A stretch of DNA of 51,067 nt from Cyanobacteria bacterium J06598_1 (lineage in GTDB: Bacteria; Cyanobacteriota; Cyanobacteriia; Phormidesmidales; Phormidesmidaceae): NCBI GenBank assembly GCA_038529685.1, contig JBCBDN010000001.1, forward strand, positions 1 to 51,067, written 5' to 3'. Both the position numbers and the translations under genes were made by a program. The stretch's first letter is position 1; every line of letters starts with the position of its first letter. This document shows, one piece after another, positions 1 through 10,433 of this stretch. A model generated the notes under the pieces. The model saw nothing but the letters and a program-made list of their open reading frames with translations, was not told the origin of the DNA and did no database searches.

Positions 1-955
1 CCTCCAACAGAGGCAAAGGATCCAGCACGCTCAAAATTTTGTAGAGCACCGCTGAAGACTGAATGCCTTCAGCCGCCACCGGCAAATAGCGAATGCGCTG
101 CCCCTCAACGGTGCCGCCTAAAGACTCAATGGCATCTTGCTGAGCCGCGTTCAGTGCGCCTTCAAACTCAATGGTGTAGGCACCGCCCCTGGAAAATTGC
201 CGAATCAAATCTTGAGTTGGCTGCTCAGTGACAATTTGCCCCGCTCGAATAATGGCCACTCGGTCTGAAAGGGCCTCGGCTACGTTGAGCTGGTGGGTGG
301 TGAGCAAAATGGCACAGCCAGAAGCCGCCACCTGGCGCACGAGACCTTTGACCGTTTCACCCGCTTCTACGTCGAGACCGAGGGTGGGTTCATCGAGCAG
401 GAGGAGGCGGGGTTCATGGATGAGGGCAACTGCGATCGCAATTTTCTGCTGCATCCCTCGCGACAGCTTCTGCACTGGCACCTTACGCTTATCGGCCAAG
501 TCAAACGCCTCCAGCAGTGCCTCGCCCTTCGCCTTTGCGACCTTGCGGTTCATTTTTCTGAGCGTACCGAAATACGCTAAGTTCTCCAACGCCGTCAGTC
601 GCCAATATAAGTTGCGGTTGCCTTCGAGCACCGCGCCGACGCGACGAAGCGCCTGCGGATCTTTGTGAGGATCTTGGCCCGCAATTTTCACCCAGCCGGC
701 ATCGGGCCTCACTAAGCCCGCAATCATCTTGATGGTGGTCGTTTTGCCCGCGCCATTAGGGCCCAAAAAAGCCAACACTTCACCGGGCGCAATCTTAAGA
801 GAGACACCCCTAACCGCTTCAAACCGGGCGCGCTTACGTCCGTAGCTTTTCCTCAGGTCAACAGATTCTAGCGCCAGCGCCGAGTCCGTTAGCTCAGTCG
901 TAGACGAATGGGAATTAGATAAGTCAGCAGAGGCAGCGTGAGGAATAAATGACAA
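1..955 (-). CDS. ABC transporter ATP-binding protein (ABC-2/drug exporter type), 3' end runs off the window
   Basis: Manual minus-strand translation gives EAVRGVSLKIAPGEVLAFLGPNGAGKTTTIKM (Walker A) and LLLLDEPTLGLDV (Walker B). TTG start at 955 is tentative. Not in the ORF track because it is truncated. Confidence 0.85.
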   Translation of the reverse strand, partial: MSFIPHAASADLSNSHSSTTELTDSALALESVDLRKSYGRKRARFEAVRGVSLKIAPGEVLAFLGPNGAGKTTTIKMIAGLVRPDAGWVKIAGQDPHKDPQALRRVGAVLEGNRNLYWRLTALENLAYFGTLRKMNRKVAKAKGEALLEAFDLADKRKVPVQKLSRGMQQKIAIAVALIHEPRLLLLDEPTLGLDVEAGETVKGLVRQVAASGCAILLTTHQLNVAEALSDRVAIIRAGQIVTEQPTQDLIRQFSRGGAYTIEFEGALNAAQQDAIESLGGTVEGQRIRYLPVAAEGIQSSAVLYKILSVLDPLPLLE

Positions 956-1205
956 ATCGGGAAAGGCTTTCTCAGCAAGACTTCTTGAATAGATATGTAT
1001 ATTAACGCGCTTGGTTCAGGTTCCGCTCAGGTGCGCCTCAGACAGCAGATATAGGCTAAATCAGCACTTTCTTCTAGCTTCTTCTATCTTACTTTAGCCA
1101 CGCCTACAGCAGGCCTGAATGAAACCGAGGACAACATCTATCAACAAAACCCACTCTTTTGGAATAGGTGTAGTTTTCCGAACATTAGATAAACTTAACT
1201 ATCTG

Positions 1206-1223
1206 TTAACATTCAGTTACAAT
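1206..1223 (+). promoter_or_regulatory. HLR1-like (RpaB) direct repeat
   Basis: TTAACATT-CA-GTTACAAT has 1 mismatch to (G/T)TTACA(T/A)(T/A)-N2-(G/T)TTACA(T/A)(T/A), about 100 nt upstream of the 1320 ATG. Confidence 0.5.
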
Positions 1224-1319
1224 CTGAAAGTCATCGAAACAAATAGGCCCCTTAACAGGCCCCCTAAGAAGAACAGATAGGCCATCAAAACCGCTGCTAT
1301 TCAGGACTTACCGAACCTC

Positions 1320-1970
1320 ATGACCGCTTTCGATTTTAGCGAAACGCCCAACTACGTCGCCTCTGAGACCCTCAGTATGCAGGATCTCAACGGGCTGCTA
1401 AGGGCTCACCTCAGCCAGCAGCACCTCGCCCAACGGTTAGGCTCCCTGCCGAGCATTTGCTTTACTGCAATTGATCAAGCCTTTTTGGTCTGGGGCGTTT
1501 TGACTCTGGTAATCTTTTCATTTGCTCAGTTTTCTAGCTTGAGCTGGACAACGCAGGCCATTTTGGATGCGGCGCTTACAGGCACAGGCATTGCTACCAC
1601 CTCCGGGCTCACATGGATATTAGCCAGCAGTGAAAAGCTCCGCTGGGTGATTTTTCTGTGGGCTGGGCTAATGACGGCAGGCACGCTGGCTACGGTCTAC
1701 GGTATTTTCTACGGCTCAGCGTTTATCCTGTCGAACCTTTGCCTGCTATGGCTAGGGCTGTGCTGCATTGGCTACGGTGCAATGGGTTTGTGGATGCAGT
1801 CTCGTAGCTTTAGCGCCGCTTGCCTGATGCATTTGATAGCGATCGTTGGTCTTGAGCAGCTATCTGGCTGGCAGTTCTTTGGCAGTGGCCTAGTGATGGC
1901 CACCACACTGTTCTTTTTCTCGGTGGTGCCTTGGGACATGCAGGCATCAGAGCATGATATTCCCTGCTAG
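1320..1970 (+). CDS. conserved cyanobacterial multi-pass membrane protein of unknown function
   Basis: 216 aa ORF with about 6 hydrophobic segments; IDQAFLVWG and C-terminal PWDM motifs resemble a cyanobacterial hypothetical family. Confidence 0.8.
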   Translation: MTAFDFSETPNYVASETLSMQDLNGLLRAHLSQQHLAQRLGSLPSICFTAIDQAFLVWGVLTLVIFSFAQFSSLSWTTQAILDAALTGTGIATTSGLTWILASSEKLRWVIFLWAGLMTAGTLATVYGIFYGSAFILSNLCLLWLGLCCIGYGAMGLWMQSRSFSAACLMHLIAIVGLEQLSGWQFFGSGLVMATTLFFFSVVPWDMQASEHDIPC

Positions 1971-2003
1971 GGACCGAATTACCCACGTTTCTGTAGGGCT
2001 TTT

Positions 2004-3989
2004 TCAGGGACTCTCTGATTTGGATAGGCCCGAAATCTCAAAAAAGCGGTCGCTAGAGAGCAAATCCTCTACCTGCTGCACGGTAAGCGGACGGCTGAAC
2101 CAATAGCCCTGGGCATAGTCACAGCCCATTTTGTTCAGCACATCCATTTGCGCTGGGGTTTCAATGCCTTCTGCTAGCACTTTGAAGTCCAAACCTTTGG
2201 CTAAGGCGATGATGGTAGAGGCGATCGCAGCATCACTCGGACTCTCAACCAAGTCTTGAACAAAGGACCGGTCGATTTTGATTGTGTCTAGTGGAAAGTG
2301 CTTCAGCACACTGAGCGACGAATACCCCGTACCAAAGTCATCCATCGCAATTTGGATACCCGCACGGGAGAGCTTTTTGAGTACGCCAATGGCAGAAGTC
2401 ACATCGTGCATGGCCGCACTCTCAGTGACTTCTAGCTCCAAATAGTGAGCGTCAAACCCGGTTGAGTGCATCACTTCGAGCACAGAGCGCACTAAGTTAC
2501 TTCGATGAAACTGCTGTGCCGACAGGTTTACCGCTAACCGGAGAGGGGGCATACCGGCCTGGTGCCATTGGCAATACTGAGTGCAGGCGGCCTTTAGCAC
2601 CCACTGACCAATCGGCTCAATCAGGCCCGTTTCTTCAGCAATAGAAATAAATTCACCCGGTGGAATCATCCCCAGGGCAGGATGCTGCCACCGAATCAGC
2701 GCTTCCATGCCAATCCATTGCCCCGTGCGCAAATCAACTTGGGGCTGGTAGCACAAAAACATTTCGTCATGGTCTAAGGCTTTGCGCAGATCAGTCTCTA
2801 GGTTGAGCTGGGTGCGGGCATTGGCGTTAATCTCTTCAAAATAAATTTGATAGTTATTGCGGCCCCTAGCCTTAGCCTGGTACATAGCCGCATCAGCGTT
2901 GCGCAGCAAGGTCTGCTCGTCTTCACCATCGTAGGGGGAAAGGGCAATGCCCAGGCTAGCAGTGACGTATAGCTCCTGGCCTTGAACGTGAAAAGGCGCC
3001 GCCAGACGCTGCAAAATGCGCTCAGCAATGTTGGTGATTTCTTCAGGCGATCGCAAATCACACAACAGCAGCGTAAACTCATCACCGCCCCAGCGAGCCA
3101 CCACGTCATAGCCCCGCAGACAGCTCTTTAGCCGCTCTGCCACTTGCTTGAGTAGGCAGTCTCCCGCCGCGTGCCCCAGGGTATCGTTGATATTTTTGAA
3201 CCGGTCTAGGTCTAAAAAGGCGACGCCAAGCATCACGTCTTTTTCCAGCGCGATCACAATCGAACGGGTCAGCTGCTGATTGAACAGCAGACGATCGGGC
3301 AGCTGCGTCAGCTGGTCGCGGGCGCTACGACTGCGAAAAAGGCGCTCTACACGCGATCGCTGCACCGCCAAATAAATTTGAGTACCGACCGTTTCCACAC
3401 AGCGCACATCCGGCGGGCACCAGCTAGGACCCTCTGTCGGGCGCATCAGCGCCAGCACCCCAATGCAGTCTTTTTCCGTTTCCTGCTGATGACACAGCGG
3501 CAATAGCAACAAATGACGCTCACCGCCAAATCCAAACATCGACACCAGCTCAGAGGGCCAAAGCCCCGCTAGGTAAGCGCGAGCACCTACCAGCCGAAAG
3601 CCACCCTCCGCCACCAAATCAAATAGCTGCGACTGCAAATCACTCGCCTGAGAGCACCACAGCGTTTCGGCCAAAGAAGTGGCCGGAATCGCCAAATACT
3701 TCCACAGCGCACTGCCCACACCAACCGAGGGCGTCTGACCTTCGCCCCAATGATGCAGCGGCGCTATCATCATCGGCTCTGACCAGAACAGCTGAACCGA
3801 ACTACAGCTCAACCCATCACCGAGTAAGGTCAGCAGCGTTGGCCAAAGCTGGGGCGTATCTATCGGGCAATGCAGCAAGCCACTCACACCTGCAAGTAAC
3901 GCGCCAAAGTCAGGATTAGGAATAGATAATTGATTGAGTTGTGGATCACGATCTTCGCTCGACGCCCGTGACAGGGGGAAATAAGCCAC
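2004..3989 (-). CDS. GAF-like sensor + GGDEF + EAL diguanylate cyclase/phosphodiesterase
   Basis: FLDLDRFKNINDTLGHAAGD, RxxD I-site (RGYD) before GGDEF, MEAL, and DDFGTGYSS. Confidence 0.93.
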   Translation of the reverse strand: MAYFPLSRASSEDRDPQLNQLSIPNPDFGALLAGVSGLLHCPIDTPQLWPTLLTLLGDGLSCSSVQLFWSEPMMIAPLHHWGEGQTPSVGVGSALWKYLAIPATSLAETLWCSQASDLQSQLFDLVAEGGFRLVGARAYLAGLWPSELVSMFGFGGERHLLLLPLCHQQETEKDCIGVLALMRPTEGPSWCPPDVRCVETVGTQIYLAVQRSRVERLFRSRSARDQLTQLPDRLLFNQQLTRSIVIALEKDVMLGVAFLDLDRFKNINDTLGHAAGDCLLKQVAERLKSCLRGYDVVARWGGDEFTLLLCDLRSPEEITNIAERILQRLAAPFHVQGQELYVTASLGIALSPYDGEDEQTLLRNADAAMYQAKARGRNNYQIYFEEINANARTQLNLETDLRKALDHDEMFLCYQPQVDLRTGQWIGMEALIRWQHPALGMIPPGEFISIAEETGLIEPIGQWVLKAACTQYCQWHQAGMPPLRLAVNLSAQQFHRSNLVRSVLEVMHSTGFDAHYLELEVTESAAMHDVTSAIGVLKKLSRAGIQIAMDDFGTGYSSLSVLKHFPLDTIKIDRSFVQDLVESPSDAAIASTIIALAKGLDFKVLAEGIETPAQMDVLNKMGCDYAQGYWFSRPLTVQQVEDLLSSDRFFEISGLSKSESP

Positions 3990-4247
3990 TCTTAAACAGC
4001 CTGACGAGAATAAGACAAATAATAAACTTGGCGAAGCAAACAGCTCAGTGACCAGTAACCATTGCAGGCTTTCTGTTCAACTTAAGGGGTCCACAAAATA
4101 CCAAAAAATATAGAAGTGTTCTCAATGTTCCCGAAAATAGACGTTTACATAAAACCAAACCAATATTTGTCGATACTGACCCTATTGCCGCAGCGCTTCA
4201 CAGTGAAAATCTGCGTCTCATCAGTCGAGTCTTAGCAAAAACCTTTC

Positions 4248-5684
4248 CTAACGAGCGCCGCTTTTGCTAGGGGAGTACTCAGAACGGCGCTTGAGGTTTG
4301 AGGCAGCATCAACCGTGTCAACAGAACCCGGTCGCTCAGCCGCCAGCTGCTCGGCTGAGCGCAGTACGTAGCGCTCGCCGTCGAATACAAGCACAGGTCG
4401 TTGAGTGGCCGTGTTTGGACGTTCAGAAATACGCTGAGGAGTGCTTTCTTCTTCTGTCAGGGCCTCTTCTGTTAGCGCCTCTTCTGCTGGCAATTCTTCT
4501 ACTAACACTGACGTCTCAGACGTTGCTACAGCACTCTCAGCGGTCAACGGTGCTAACGTCCGAGCCACTTCAGAATGCTCCTCTAAGGACTGCGTAGAAG
4601 ACACCAGGCCGCCTAAGCCATTAATCAAGTTACGAATCTGCTCTCGCACCGCTGGATCACCCGTGATTTCATCGACATCGGCCATCACCTTTTGGGCGCT
4701 GGACAAGGCGTCACGAGCAGACTCTAAGGTCTGCTGAAGCAAAACCAAATTAACCGGCGTGTTGAGCGAATTGGTCAACGCCTGCAAATCTTCAGAAGCG
4801 GCAGCCGCGTTGCTTAGCACCACCTCCAAATTGCCGACCAGCTCTCCACTTTGAAACGTCGGCCCCAGAGAGTCGGTCACGGTGCGTAGCTGCACACTCG
4901 CCGCCTGCACATTTCCGAGCGTATCGACCAAAGCGCCTCGGTTTTCACCAATCAGGCCGCTAATTTCTGTGGCGGTAAGCGAAAATTCTTGAGCGGTTGC
5001 AGCAATTTGGGCTGCCGCCAGCGCGGCTGAGTCCGCTGCGTTTTGAGCCGACCCTGAGAGCGGCTGAATCTCTGAGCGGGTCTGCTGGGTCAGAAGCGTC
5101 GCTTCTTTGGTCAGTAGTCCGGCTTCAGCTGAAGTCTCTGAAATCGAGACCAGTAAATCCTTAATATTTTGGAGCAGCTCAGGGTCCGCGTAGACCTTAG
5201 TCAAATTACTCGTCGAGCGCAGTAGCTCTTCGTAGCTGGGGCCCATCTCACCCTCTAGCCGATCGCCATCGCACAGAATCAAAGCGCTATCGCACGACTT
5301 ACCAATCGGAGTAACATCGCTTGCCGATGCGCTCAGATCCGTTTGGGGCGTAATTTCGATAGACATTTCACCAATCAGGCCCGACTCCACGGTTTCAACG
5401 ACGACCTGATTGGGCATTCGCAGCTCTTTAGCCGTAATTTCTAACCCCACATCAACTGAGTTAGATTTTGGCGTAATAGACATCACTCGCCCGACAGAGA
5501 CGCCGCGATACATCACCGGGGTTCCGACTTGAACCCCCATAATGTCTTCAAATTCAGCGATGAGTTCGTAGGGACGGTTGGCAGGATTAAAGCCCCTGAG
5601 CCACAGTACTAAGCCACCAAACAAACCGATCCCTAACAAGATCAGCAGCCCGACAGACCCTTCTCGAATTGTTCGTGCCCGCAT
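4248..5684 (-). CDS. mlaD: MlaD/MCE-domain lipid transport protein (TGD2/Ycf22-like)
   Basis: MRARTIREGSVGLLIL N-terminus, TM anchor, MCE motif GTPVMYRGVSVGRV, long helical C-terminus; adjacent to an MlaF-like ATPase. Confidence 0.88.
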   Translation of the reverse strand: MRARTIREGSVGLLILLGIGLFGGLVLWLRGFNPANRPYELIAEFEDIMGVQVGTPVMYRGVSVGRVMSITPKSNSVDVGLEITAKELRMPNQVVVETVESGLIGEMSIEITPQTDLSASASDVTPIGKSCDSALILCDGDRLEGEMGPSYEELLRSTSNLTKVYADPELLQNIKDLLVSISETSAEAGLLTKEATLLTQQTRSEIQPLSGSAQNAADSAALAAAQIAATAQEFSLTATEISGLIGENRGALVDTLGNVQAASVQLRTVTDSLGPTFQSGELVGNLEVVLSNAAAASEDLQALTNSLNTPVNLVLLQQTLESARDALSSAQKVMADVDEITGDPAVREQIRNLINGLGGLVSSTQSLEEHSEVARTLAPLTAESAVATSETSVLVEELPAEEALTEEALTEEESTPQRISERPNTATQRPVLVFDGERYVLRSAEQLAAERPGSVDTVDAASNLKRRSEYSPSKSGAR

Positions 5685-5775
5685 GAGTTTTCTAGAGGTT
5701 GCTGTTAAAGATCAAGGGTTCGTCAGTCGTGAAAAATAGCCGGAGGTAGGAAGCTCGAATGCTTGAGCGCGATCG

Positions 5776-6651
5776 CTAGCCACCCACATTGATCGGGCCC
5801 TTCACTTCAGCACTAAAAAACTGACGCACAAAGGGGTTATCTGTGGTATCAATTTCAGCGATCCCACCCATCCACTGTACCTGCCCAGCGTGAAGGAAAA
5901 TAACGCGATCCGCAGTTCGGCGGATGGTGCTCTCCTGGTGGGTCACAATCAGATAAGACTGACAGGCTTGCCCCATATGAATTTCGCGAATCAGATCTTC
6001 AATCACCGTTGAGGCTATTGGGTCAAGGCCAGCTGTCGGCTCATCGTACAGCAAAAGGCCAGGCTGAGAGTTACTATCGTGGGGATTAGCCATCACTGCT
6101 CGCGCAAAGCTCACCCGCTTACGCATGCCCCCCGATAGCTCAGCCGGATAGCTATCGGCCACATCTGGCAAACCAACCACAGCCAGCGCCTTCACCACGA
6201 GCTGACGAATCTCTTTGCGGGACAGGTGCGAGTGCTGGTAGAGCAAAAACCCTACATTCTCGGCAACGGTGAGCGAGTCGAATAGGGCAGCCTGCTGAAA
6301 CACCATGCCAATCGTAATCGGGTCGGGGGCATCTTCTATGAGGCCAATTCGCTTTTGTCCCGCAATATGTATCTCACCGGTATCTGGGCCCAGCAGCCCT
6401 GCAATGATTCGCAAAATGGTGGACTTGCCCGTACCAGAAGGGCCAATGACTGCGATCGCTTCGCCAGGATACACCGTCAGGTCAATATTTCTGAGCACTG
6501 GATTTTGACCGAACTGCTTAGAGATGCCTTCTAGCGATACCAGCGGTTCTGAGCTATCGCAGGGACTGCCCTCCCCAGAGCCATCCGTCGGCGTTGAAGA
6601 CATCGGCATTGAAGAGAACATGAGCGCAGCTAAGGTGAATAACCTCAACAT
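5776..6651 (-). CDS. mlaF: ABC ATP-binding protein, MlaF/TGD3 type (true start may be a downstream Met)
   Basis: GPSGTGKS, VFQQAALFDSLTVAENV, LSGGMRKRVSFARA, YDEPTAGLDP. Confidence 0.88.
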   Translation of the reverse strand: MLRLFTLAALMFSSMPMSSTPTDGSGEGSPCDSSEPLVSLEGISKQFGQNPVLRNIDLTVYPGEAIAVIGPSGTGKSTILRIIAGLLGPDTGEIHIAGQKRIGLIEDAPDPITIGMVFQQAALFDSLTVAENVGFLLYQHSHLSRKEIRQLVVKALAVVGLPDVADSYPAELSGGMRKRVSFARAVMANPHDSNSQPGLLLYDEPTAGLDPIASTVIEDLIREIHMGQACQSYLIVTHQESTIRRTADRVIFLHAGQVQWMGGIAEIDTTDNPFVRQFFSAEVKGPINVGG

Positions 6652-6758
6652 ACTAACTTCTCTTAATCTAATTTCTCTCAGTATGATTTCTCTCCATCAC
6701 ATCTCCCATCAAATCTCTCTGATGTGAGGTCACGCCCTCAAGTGTGATGTCACCACAC

Positions 6759-6786
6759 AGATCACCCCTGGATAGATCACCCCTGG
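6759..6786. repeat. short direct repeat AGATCACCCCTGG x2 in a divergent intergenic region
   Basis: Copies at 6759-6771 and 6774-6786, preceded by TGTGA(G/T)GTCAC twice. Confidence 0.6.
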
Positions 6787-6868
6787 CAGTGAGTTCGTAT
6801 CATATCGTTAGCCCCTTTTGCTGTATAACCCTAGTGCACCATGATCCCGCCAGCCCTCAGCACCCATC

Positions 6869-8197
6869 ATGCGCCGAACTCGTAACAAGCTCTACAACAA
6901 GCCTAAGCGCTTAATCCGGTGGCTCAGGCCAGGGCTATTTGTAAAGCGCTGGCTGTTTTTGAGCACTATCGGCACGGTGGCGGTGGGCCTTGGCATCATG
7001 GTTTGGCTGAAGCTGACGCCGGTTTTTTATACGGTGAAGTTTGTTGGCAACCTGCTGAACTTAATTACTCGACTGGTGCCGAACTATGTCAGTGGGCCGC
7101 TAGCAGTCGGCGGCGGGCTGCTGCTGCTGATTTGGGGGCAAACGCGGACGCTGGGCGCCATTGTAGAAGTGCTGCTGCCCGCGAACGGTGAGGATAATTT
7201 GTGGGATGCCATAGCGACTCACCGGCGGCTCAACCGAGGTCCTCGCATTGTCGTGATTGGCGGCGGCACGGGGCTTTCTACGCTGCTGCGCGGACTCAAG
7301 CACTACAGCGGCAATATCACGGCGATTGTGACAGTAGCCGATGACGGCGGCTCCTCTGGGCGACTGCGCCGGGAGATGGGCGGCATTCCACCGGGCGATA
7401 TTCGTAACTGCCTCACTGCACTGGCCGACGAAGAAAAGCTGCTGACAGAGCTATTTCAGTACCGATTTGAGGCGGGTACGGGACTGAGCGGGCACAGCTT
7501 CGGCAATTTGTTTTTGTCAGCGATGAATGAAATTACGGGGGATTGGGAAAAGGCAATCGCAGCGAGCTCTCAGGTTCTCGCCATTCGCGGTCGCGTGCTG
7601 CCCTCTACCTTGAGCGATGTCAGCCTGTGGGCCAACCTCAGCGACGGGCGCCATATTAAAGGTGAGTCAAACATTACCAAAGCGGGCGGCAGCATTGATG
7701 AGATTGGCTGCCTGCCTGAGAATCCACCCGCGCTGCCGCAGGCGCTAGAGGCGATTAAAGAAGCTGACTATATTGTGATTGGGCCTGGGAGCCTGTACAC
7801 GAGTATTATTCCAAATCTGCTGGTGCCGGAGATTGTAGAGGCGATCGCAAACCGCGCCGTACCGCGCATCTATATCTGCAATATTATGAGCGAACCTGGC
7901 GAAACCCAGGGCTATACCGTATCCAAGCACATTGAAGCGATTGACAGAGCCTGCGGAAAATACCTCTTCGACGCGGTCCTGGTTCAAAAGCGGATGCCCT
8001 CACAAGAGGCGATCGACCGCTATCTCAAAGAAAACTCTACGCCGGTAATTTTAGACCGCAAAGCCGTTATTGAATCTGACCGCCGCATCATCATTGCCAA
8101 CGTTATGAGTGAGAGCAATACCACTGTTCGCCACGATCCAAAACGACTGGCGAAGGTGCTGGTGAAATGGTACGAACGAACCCGAGGGGCCTGGTAG
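6869..8197 (+). CDS. yvcK: YvcK/GlmR family (UPF0052) protein with N-terminal TM extension
   Basis: [59 protein letters not shown]. Confidence 0.92.
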   Translation: MRRTRNKLYNKPKRLIRWLRPGLFVKRWLFLSTIGTVAVGLGIMVWLKLTPVFYTVKFVGNLLNLITRLVPNYVSGPLAVGGGLLLLIWGQTRTLGAIVEVLLPANGEDNLWDAIATHRRLNRGPRIVVIGGGTGLSTLLRGLKHYSGNITAIVTVADDGGSSGRLRREMGGIPPGDIRNCLTALADEEKLLTELFQYRFEAGTGLSGHSFGNLFLSAMNEITGDWEKAIAASSQVLAIRGRVLPSTLSDVSLWANLSDGRHIKGESNITKAGGSIDEIGCLPENPPALPQALEAIKEADYIVIGPGSLYTSIIPNLLVPEIVEAIANRAVPRIYICNIMSEPGETQGYTVSKHIEAIDRACGKYLFDAVLVQKRMPSQEAIDRYLKENSTPVILDRKAVIESDRRIIIANVMSESNTTVRHDPKRLAKVLVKWYERTRGAW

Positions 8198-8230
8198 CGC
8201 TGATCAAACCAGGTACACCTTAAAGAGAAC

Positions 8231-8476
8231 CTACGAGCGCTGCAAAAACTTTTGACTCACCCAGCTAGAAATCCCGCTCACTAAAGCCCCGGCCATCAAG
8301 ATGCCGATCGAAGGCATGAACAACGGGTCCCAAAGGCTGTACCACAGGTCAAAACCTAGGTTCACATCAGCGGCTCGGCCTATCAATGCCACCGCAAACC
8401 AGCCAAAGCTAAACAGGACAAAGAACAGGTTAAACATGAGCAGTGTATTCAACCCGCTCATAAAACGATCTTTCAT
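8231..8476 (-). CDS. small two-TM hypothetical protein
   Basis: 81 aa ORF with two hydrophobic helices and a LWYSLWDPLF loop; fills the intergenic gap. Confidence 0.75.
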   Translation of the reverse strand: MKDRFMSGLNTLLMFNLFFVLFSFGWFAVALIGRAADVNLGFDLWYSLWDPLFMPSIGILMAGALVSGISSWVSQKFLQRS

Positions 8477-8577
8477 AAAACCTTTCGAGCGCCAAAAGCA
8501 TCACTAGAGTTAATTAAATCACGCCGGTCCGAACACTCATCTTTAGTTCGCCCCTTTTTTAACACCCCTCTAACTAA

Positions 8578-8611
8578 GACGTGGCCACTTCGACGACGAA
8601 GCGGCCACATC
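8578..8611 (-). terminator. hairpin downstream of the 8660..8854 gene
   Basis: Minus-strand RNA GAUGUGGCCGCUUCG-UCGU-CGAAGUGGCCACGUC forms a 15-bp stem. Its two G-U pairs form only on this strand. Confidence 0.6.
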
Positions 8612-8659
8612 AGTTATTTTCATCATGGTTTTGAAGGCCTTTTGAAAAGGCCCCTGGAT

Positions 8660-8854
8660 CTATACGGCCTTGGCAGCGTCGAGCTCGGCAGTCAATAAAT
8701 TGTCAGGGTCAACATAGTGACAAACGGCGTCATCAACACAGATTAGGGCCCAACCAGACTTGTCAATTTCAACAAAGGTATAGTCTGCGTCCTGTACAAA
8801 AAATCCTTTATGGTTACGCGTTTCTGGCTTAATCGCAACAGTTTTAAGGTTCAT
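8660..8854 (-). CDS. small hypothetical protein (64 aa)
   Basis: ATG preceded by AGGAG on the minus strand (ctcct at about 8864-8868), globular composition, followed by a hairpin. Confidence 0.75.
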   Translation of the reverse strand: MNLKTVAIKPETRNHKGFFVQDADYTFVEIDKSGWALICVDDAVCHYVDPDNLLTAELDAAKAV

Positions 8855-9114
8855 AATAAGCGACTCCTAAAAGTGGATAAGGGGAGGTAGATGCGGTGGG
8901 CTGGGAAGCCATATTTAGTTCTCAAAGAATCTGAATCTCTCAGAAACGAAGAACTTAAGTAGGGCTTATCAACCGGTTAACCTAAGCTTATCAGTCGGCT
9001 CGGGGATCACGCGTTAAGTTATTTGCACGAACTTTACATATCGCTTTAGGCACCATCAGGTCAGGCTTTCAAGCCGCTTTCACAGTCGTCAAACCCTCAT
9101 CAGAACAGGTCTGC

Positions 9115-9162
9115 AATAAAAAAGCGGGGATCGCAAACTGAGCTGCTCCCCGCTTTTTATTT
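9115..9162. terminator. Rho-independent (bidirectional-type) terminator of the iscA-TPR unit
   Basis: AAAAAGCGGGGA...TCCCCGCTTTTT inverted repeat flanked by A/T tracts. Confidence 0.75.
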
Positions 9163-9246
9163 CTGAGTTTCGTCACAAAAGTTAGTTAAGTTTAGTTAAG
9201 GCTTTATGACGGAAGAAAGGCGCCAAAGACTTGACATCAAAGGAGG

Positions 9247-9675
9247 TCAGTCTTCAAAAAGCCATGTTTGAATTCGCTTAACACTCTTCCAGTCAGGCTT
9301 CCTTCTTAATCCTTCTTCAAAGTTTTCTTTAATCTCAGATTTCAGCTCATCGACCACTTGCAGCATCTGAGCCACCATGTCGACTTGCTCTCGGACCCCA
9401 CTTTTGCCGGTTTCTAGCATGGCGATCGCCAGGTTCGTACGAGCCTGAGGGTCTTTTGGCATGAGCTTAACGGCTCGCTGCGCGGCTTTAAAGCCCGCAT
9501 TCGGCTTATCGGCTAAGAGGTATAGCCAGGATAAACAGGTCTGCGCAGCGCTATTTTTGGGCGCTTTGGCACAGATATCTTTGAAGATGGGCAGCAATAC
9601 TTCGGCGGATTCGCCGTTTTTGTAGCGAGCGATGCCTTCTTCAAACTGAGTTTCTAGAGTTTGCATGGAGCACAA
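9247..9675 (-). CDS. TPR-repeat protein (start probably MQTLE at 9666)
   Basis: Helical repeat pattern AAQTCLSWLYLL..AGFKAAQRAVKLMPKDPQARTNLAIA; downstream of iscA. Confidence 0.8.
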   Translation of the reverse strand: MCSMQTLETQFEEGIARYKNGESAEVLLPIFKDICAKAPKNSAAQTCLSWLYLLADKPNAGFKAAQRAVKLMPKDPQARTNLAIAMLETGKSGVREQVDMVAQMLQVVDELKSEIKENFEEGLRRKPDWKSVKRIQTWLFED

Positions 9676-9705
9676 AGAGGAAAGATTGAAGGATAGATAG
9701 TAGGC

Positions 9706-10116
9706 CTAGGTGCCAAACGACTTGCCGCAGCCACAGGTTTGGTTCGCGTTGGGATTGGTAAACTGAAACCCGCCGCCGATGAGCGCGTCGCTGTAGTCAA
9801 GCATGAGACCGTATAGGTACAGCAGGCTCTTGCGATCGCACACCACCTTAAAGCCATCGTAATCGTACACTTCATCGTGCTCGCCAATATTGTCTGGCTG
9901 CTCAAAGTCCATCATGTAAGACATGCCAGAGCAGCCGCCCTGACGCACGCCAACCCGCAGGCAAAGATCACCCTCCTGCTTATCGCGCAGCGCGGTAACG
10001 TGGGCCAAGGCCGCTTCAGACATCAAAATGCCACGCTCAGTGCCAGCGGCAACCGCTGAAGTCGAAGCCGCTGGCGTCTCAGAAACAGTCTCATTAGACG
10101 GAATAGTTTGTGCCAT
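9706..10116 (-). CDS. iscA: iron-sulfur cluster assembly A-type carrier (HesB/IscA/SufA family)
   Basis: [15 protein letters not shown] and [14 protein letters not shown] motifs. Confidence 0.93.
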   Translation of the reverse strand: MAQTIPSNETVSETPAASTSAVAAGTERGILMSEAALAHVTALRDKQEGDLCLRVGVRQGGCSGMSYMMDFEQPDNIGEHDEVYDYDGFKVVCDRKSLLYLYGLMLDYSDALIGGGFQFTNPNANQTCGCGKSFGT

Positions 10117-10433
10117 ATGAAGTCAGGTGAAGAGATTGATGTAGGTTGATTTGAGTGCTTTTAGTTTAACGTATCCGATCGGGATGATTTTGAGAGAGAA
10201 TATGACGTTCAAACAAGCGAATTGACTCATTTGGACACAAATTTTAAGCAAGTTCTTATCCATTAATCCCCACCAGAGTCGATAGAATTGATTATTCACA
10301 GCTCACAGACAGCTCACAGACTTTGTACGCTCTGCTTTCACACACCCTCTAGCCATACCCCCTGACAAAAACCCCTGCCCCCCCCTGATACCTCCCTGAC
10401 AAAGCTATAAACCTTTGACGAAGCCTTGACCCC

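Noticed and set aside
228-668. Plus-strand ORFs 228..668 and 293..580
   Set aside because: Antisense shadows of the minus-strand ABC ATPase. Most other overlapping ORFs in the track were rejected for the same reason.
4248-6651. mlaD-mlaF without mlaE as an anomaly
   Set aside because: The permease gene is commonly unlinked in cyanobacteria.
6723-6758. CRP site TGTGA-N6-TCACA
   Set aside because: The spacing and right half-site do not match the consensus.
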